Shown piece after piece: positions 61,359-64,000 of a DNA stretch of 64,000 bases. The translations under genes were made by a program, and so were the position numbers. The number at the start of each line of letters is the position of its first letter. Within the stretch, counting starts at the first letter, position 1. Under the pieces are notes generated by a model. That model was given only the letters and a program-made list of their open reading frames with translations. It had not been told where the DNA came from and did no database searches. The stretch comes from Ylistrum balloti (taxonomy: Eukaryota): contig NW_026782032.1 of NCBI RefSeq assembly GCF_031769215.1, positions 310,001 to 374,000 on the forward strand, given 5' to 3'.

Positions 61359-62027
61359 GTTTGATTTATAGTCAAACACGTTGTGTTATCACTTACCATC
61401 TACTGATTCTATTGATAAAATCTCATTGACACCAAGCAGCTGTATTGAGAACTTTCACGACAAGAACTCGATTTACGGTAGATTGCATATCGACCAACAC
61501 TCGTTTTGGAACGTATCAGTGTCTGTTTAATATATATTTATATATATCAGTAGTATATATGCATGTATTTTCCAGATTCTGAGATGAATAATTTTCATAT
61601 CTCAACACATTCCATTTTAACAACGTCAGTTAAACATTGACAAATTTCAGTTGGCATTCATGGACATATGAACGCCAACAGGGTAAGGACAAAATACACT
61701 TTGCTTTAAAGCGCTTCATGTTGAATTTGCCTTATCCTGTTGGCATTCAAAATACCCAGGAATTGTCCTTTTTCATTTCGTTATAAGAGGGAGGCGACAT
61801 CAAGTTGTGTGTGATTCGCCATTTATAATTCGCAAATTATTAATACAAGACGTTTGTTTGTATACATTTTTCGAGTAACGAGCGATAACGAATGTTTAAG
61901 AAATCAAGCAATAACTGATTTGCTGTATACTTCTCACCTCGAATAAACAGAAAGAAGGCATGAACAAAACTTAACTTATTAAATCGCATACCTGAACCCT
62001 TTATTACTGCATATTTTACACCTTAAA

Positions 62028-63020
62028 CGACGTGGGAAATAATTTGTTGGTTGCCTCAGTCGACTGCACACTTTATCCTCTTTCATGGTCAATCATGGGT
62101 TACAGTTAAATTATTCAGAAAACAAGAGTTCGGGTATGGTTGAGTTGATTTCACGCCCTCTTTCTGTAATCGTAATTACACATGAAAGGGAATAATGCAC
62201 TTTTCCATTGTGAGAAGTGTAAAGTATGCAGTACTAAGTAATAAAAGTCACCAAGACGTTTGTAATGATAGACTCAACAACCATTGTCATCTAAACGTTT
62301 GTGAAGGTTGTCATAAGAAGTTGCCACCAAGATGTTGTAACGGTTGGGCTCCACAGCCTTTATAAGAAGAAATACAAAGACGCTTAAAACATTTGGTTTA
62401 ACGACAACAATAATAAGTAGCTGAAACCAGATGCAAGCACATGATATTCAAACAAAATGTGATAAGTACCAGATAAAAGCGCACGTGTTGTCACCACGAT
62501 GTGGGTATAATTTGTTGCATCAGTCGACTTCACACTTTATCCTTTTTCACGGGTAATCATGGGTTACAGTTAAATTATTCAGAAAACAGGAGTTCGGGAA
62601 TGGTTGAGTTGATTTCACGCCCTCTTTCTGTTTACATGTTGTTTGCACCGTCTGCTGCACACAATCCCTTTCATGGTCATGTAATTATGATTACACATGA
62701 AAGGGGACGGTGCAATCATCCAAAGTGAGAAATGTAAAATATGCAGAAATAAGCCAGTCACCAAGACGTTTATAATGATAGGCTTAACAACCCTTGTCAT
62801 AAGAAATAGTCATCTAAACGTTTGTGAAGGTTGTCATAAGAAGTCGCCACCAAGATGTTTGTAACGGTTGGGCTCCGCAGCCTTTATAAGAAGTAGTACA
62901 AAGACGCTTTAAATATTTGGCTTAACGACTACAATAATAAGTAGCTGAAATCATGTGCTTGCATCTCGTATTCAAACAAAGTGTGATAAGTACTAGATAC
63001 AAGCGCCTGTGTTGTCACCA
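62028..63020. repeat. Head-to-tail imperfect duplication (62028-62496 and 62497-63020)
   Basis: Shared blocks cagtcgac..cacactttatcc, aatcatgggttacagttaaattattcagaaaac, ccaccaagatgtt, gtgttgtcacca. Confidence 0.85.
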
Positions 63021-63349
63021 CGTTACAGGGTGACTTGTAATGTAAGCCACTTGTTTAGTTTCGGAAGTTGTGTACGTGCTCGATCATACGTATCCGTGAA
63101 TTTCAATCTTACGTTTCACTAGAACTGCTTAATATTCAGCCCCATATCTGGACACAGGCGAACCATGGCGTACGTATCATCAGGGCTATACCGAATAACC
63201 TTTGAACTTCAATTTTGTGAATGAAACTTTCCACGATTTCCTCGAGTGACTAGACACAGTGTCCTAGTGCCCCAGTTTCCACATTCTCGCAAGAACAGGT
63301 ACATAGGAAATTTACAACCCGTTTGACGGGATGATATAGATATTTGAAT

Positions 63350-64000
63350 ATAACAAGAAGCCTAGCGGCGTTAACGGCCACGGTGATAAGCAATATTTCC
63401 AAGATTAATATAAGGGTATTTAGCTTTCAAAAGTTATGAAAAAGAAATGGTGACATTGATGAAAGAAAGCATGTGTTAATACATGCATACCATCAAAAAT
63501 GTCATATTATACTAATAATTCTTACAAACTTATTTCCAGTGGGAAATAAGCAACGTTGTGCTCCAAAATGCGAATTTTCTATGAAAATTTCAGTAAAGTT
63601 GACCTCCTCTCCAGAAAGAAATGTGAGATCCATTATGGTAATTAAAGCACCTTAAGACGCTACCATCCATGAAGAACATGTGATTCTTCCATACCTGTGT
63701 GTTGAGAAGACGATATTTTTATGCCATTTTGACTCCTTTTGGCCCCGCCCATCAGTCCTTGGGGTCAGTCAGGATCAAATTTGTGCATACCATCATGGTA
63801 CCATCCTTCACTCATAATTCTTATCAAGTTTGTAATATTTCCAAAGGAAATTAAAGAAATTATGCGCAAAAATCTATTTTTCTTCCATATAGTAAAATTT
63901 ACCCCCTCTCCACGGGGAAAATAATGTGAGACTCTGGGCCATGGAATTCACAATTTTAGTAACTTAAGATGCTTCCATCCACGAAGAACATTTGATTCTC
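63350..64000. mobile_element. Probable non-autonomous interspersed repeat with internal subrepeats, truncated by the window end
   Basis: Starts aacaagaag...ggcc. The internal segment ttaagacgctaccatccatgaagaacatgtgattc (about 63650) recurs at about 63965. Similar style at about 56215-56960. Family not identified. Confidence 0.4.

Overview
AT-rich, intron-rich animal genomic DNA. A mollusc, probably a bivalve, is my inference from repeat style and gene content. Five spliced protein-coding genes were reconstructed by hand from splice signals and exon phase: (1) a small secreted single-laminin-G-domain protein (+, 4711-12019, 5 exons, one GC-AG intron); (2) and (3) two intact 12-exon paralogs of mitochondrial FAD-dependent D-lactate dehydrogenase, LDHD-A (-, 24749-37103) and LDHD-B (-, 44229-56005); (4) RPL14 (+, 37416-41632), head-to-head with LDHD-A and carrying four U49/SNORD49-like C/D-box snoRNA copies in one intron; (5) a CFAP90/C5orf49-like gene (+, 58645-61343). 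The window also holds a decayed HERO-like non-LTR retrotransposon and many minisatellites. The main unexplained signal is that eight intronic tandem arrays are amplified copies of the upstream exon's 3' end plus its 5' splice site (exons 7, 9 and 11 of both LDHD paralogs; exons 2 and 3 of the CFAP90-like gene). Arrays with a unit length divisible by 3 (54 bp, 42 bp) stay open in the exon's reading frame and mostly keep intact GT donors. Several out-of-frame arrays have lost their donors. All coordinates were counted manually. No database searches were run, so family assignments rest on remembered motifs.
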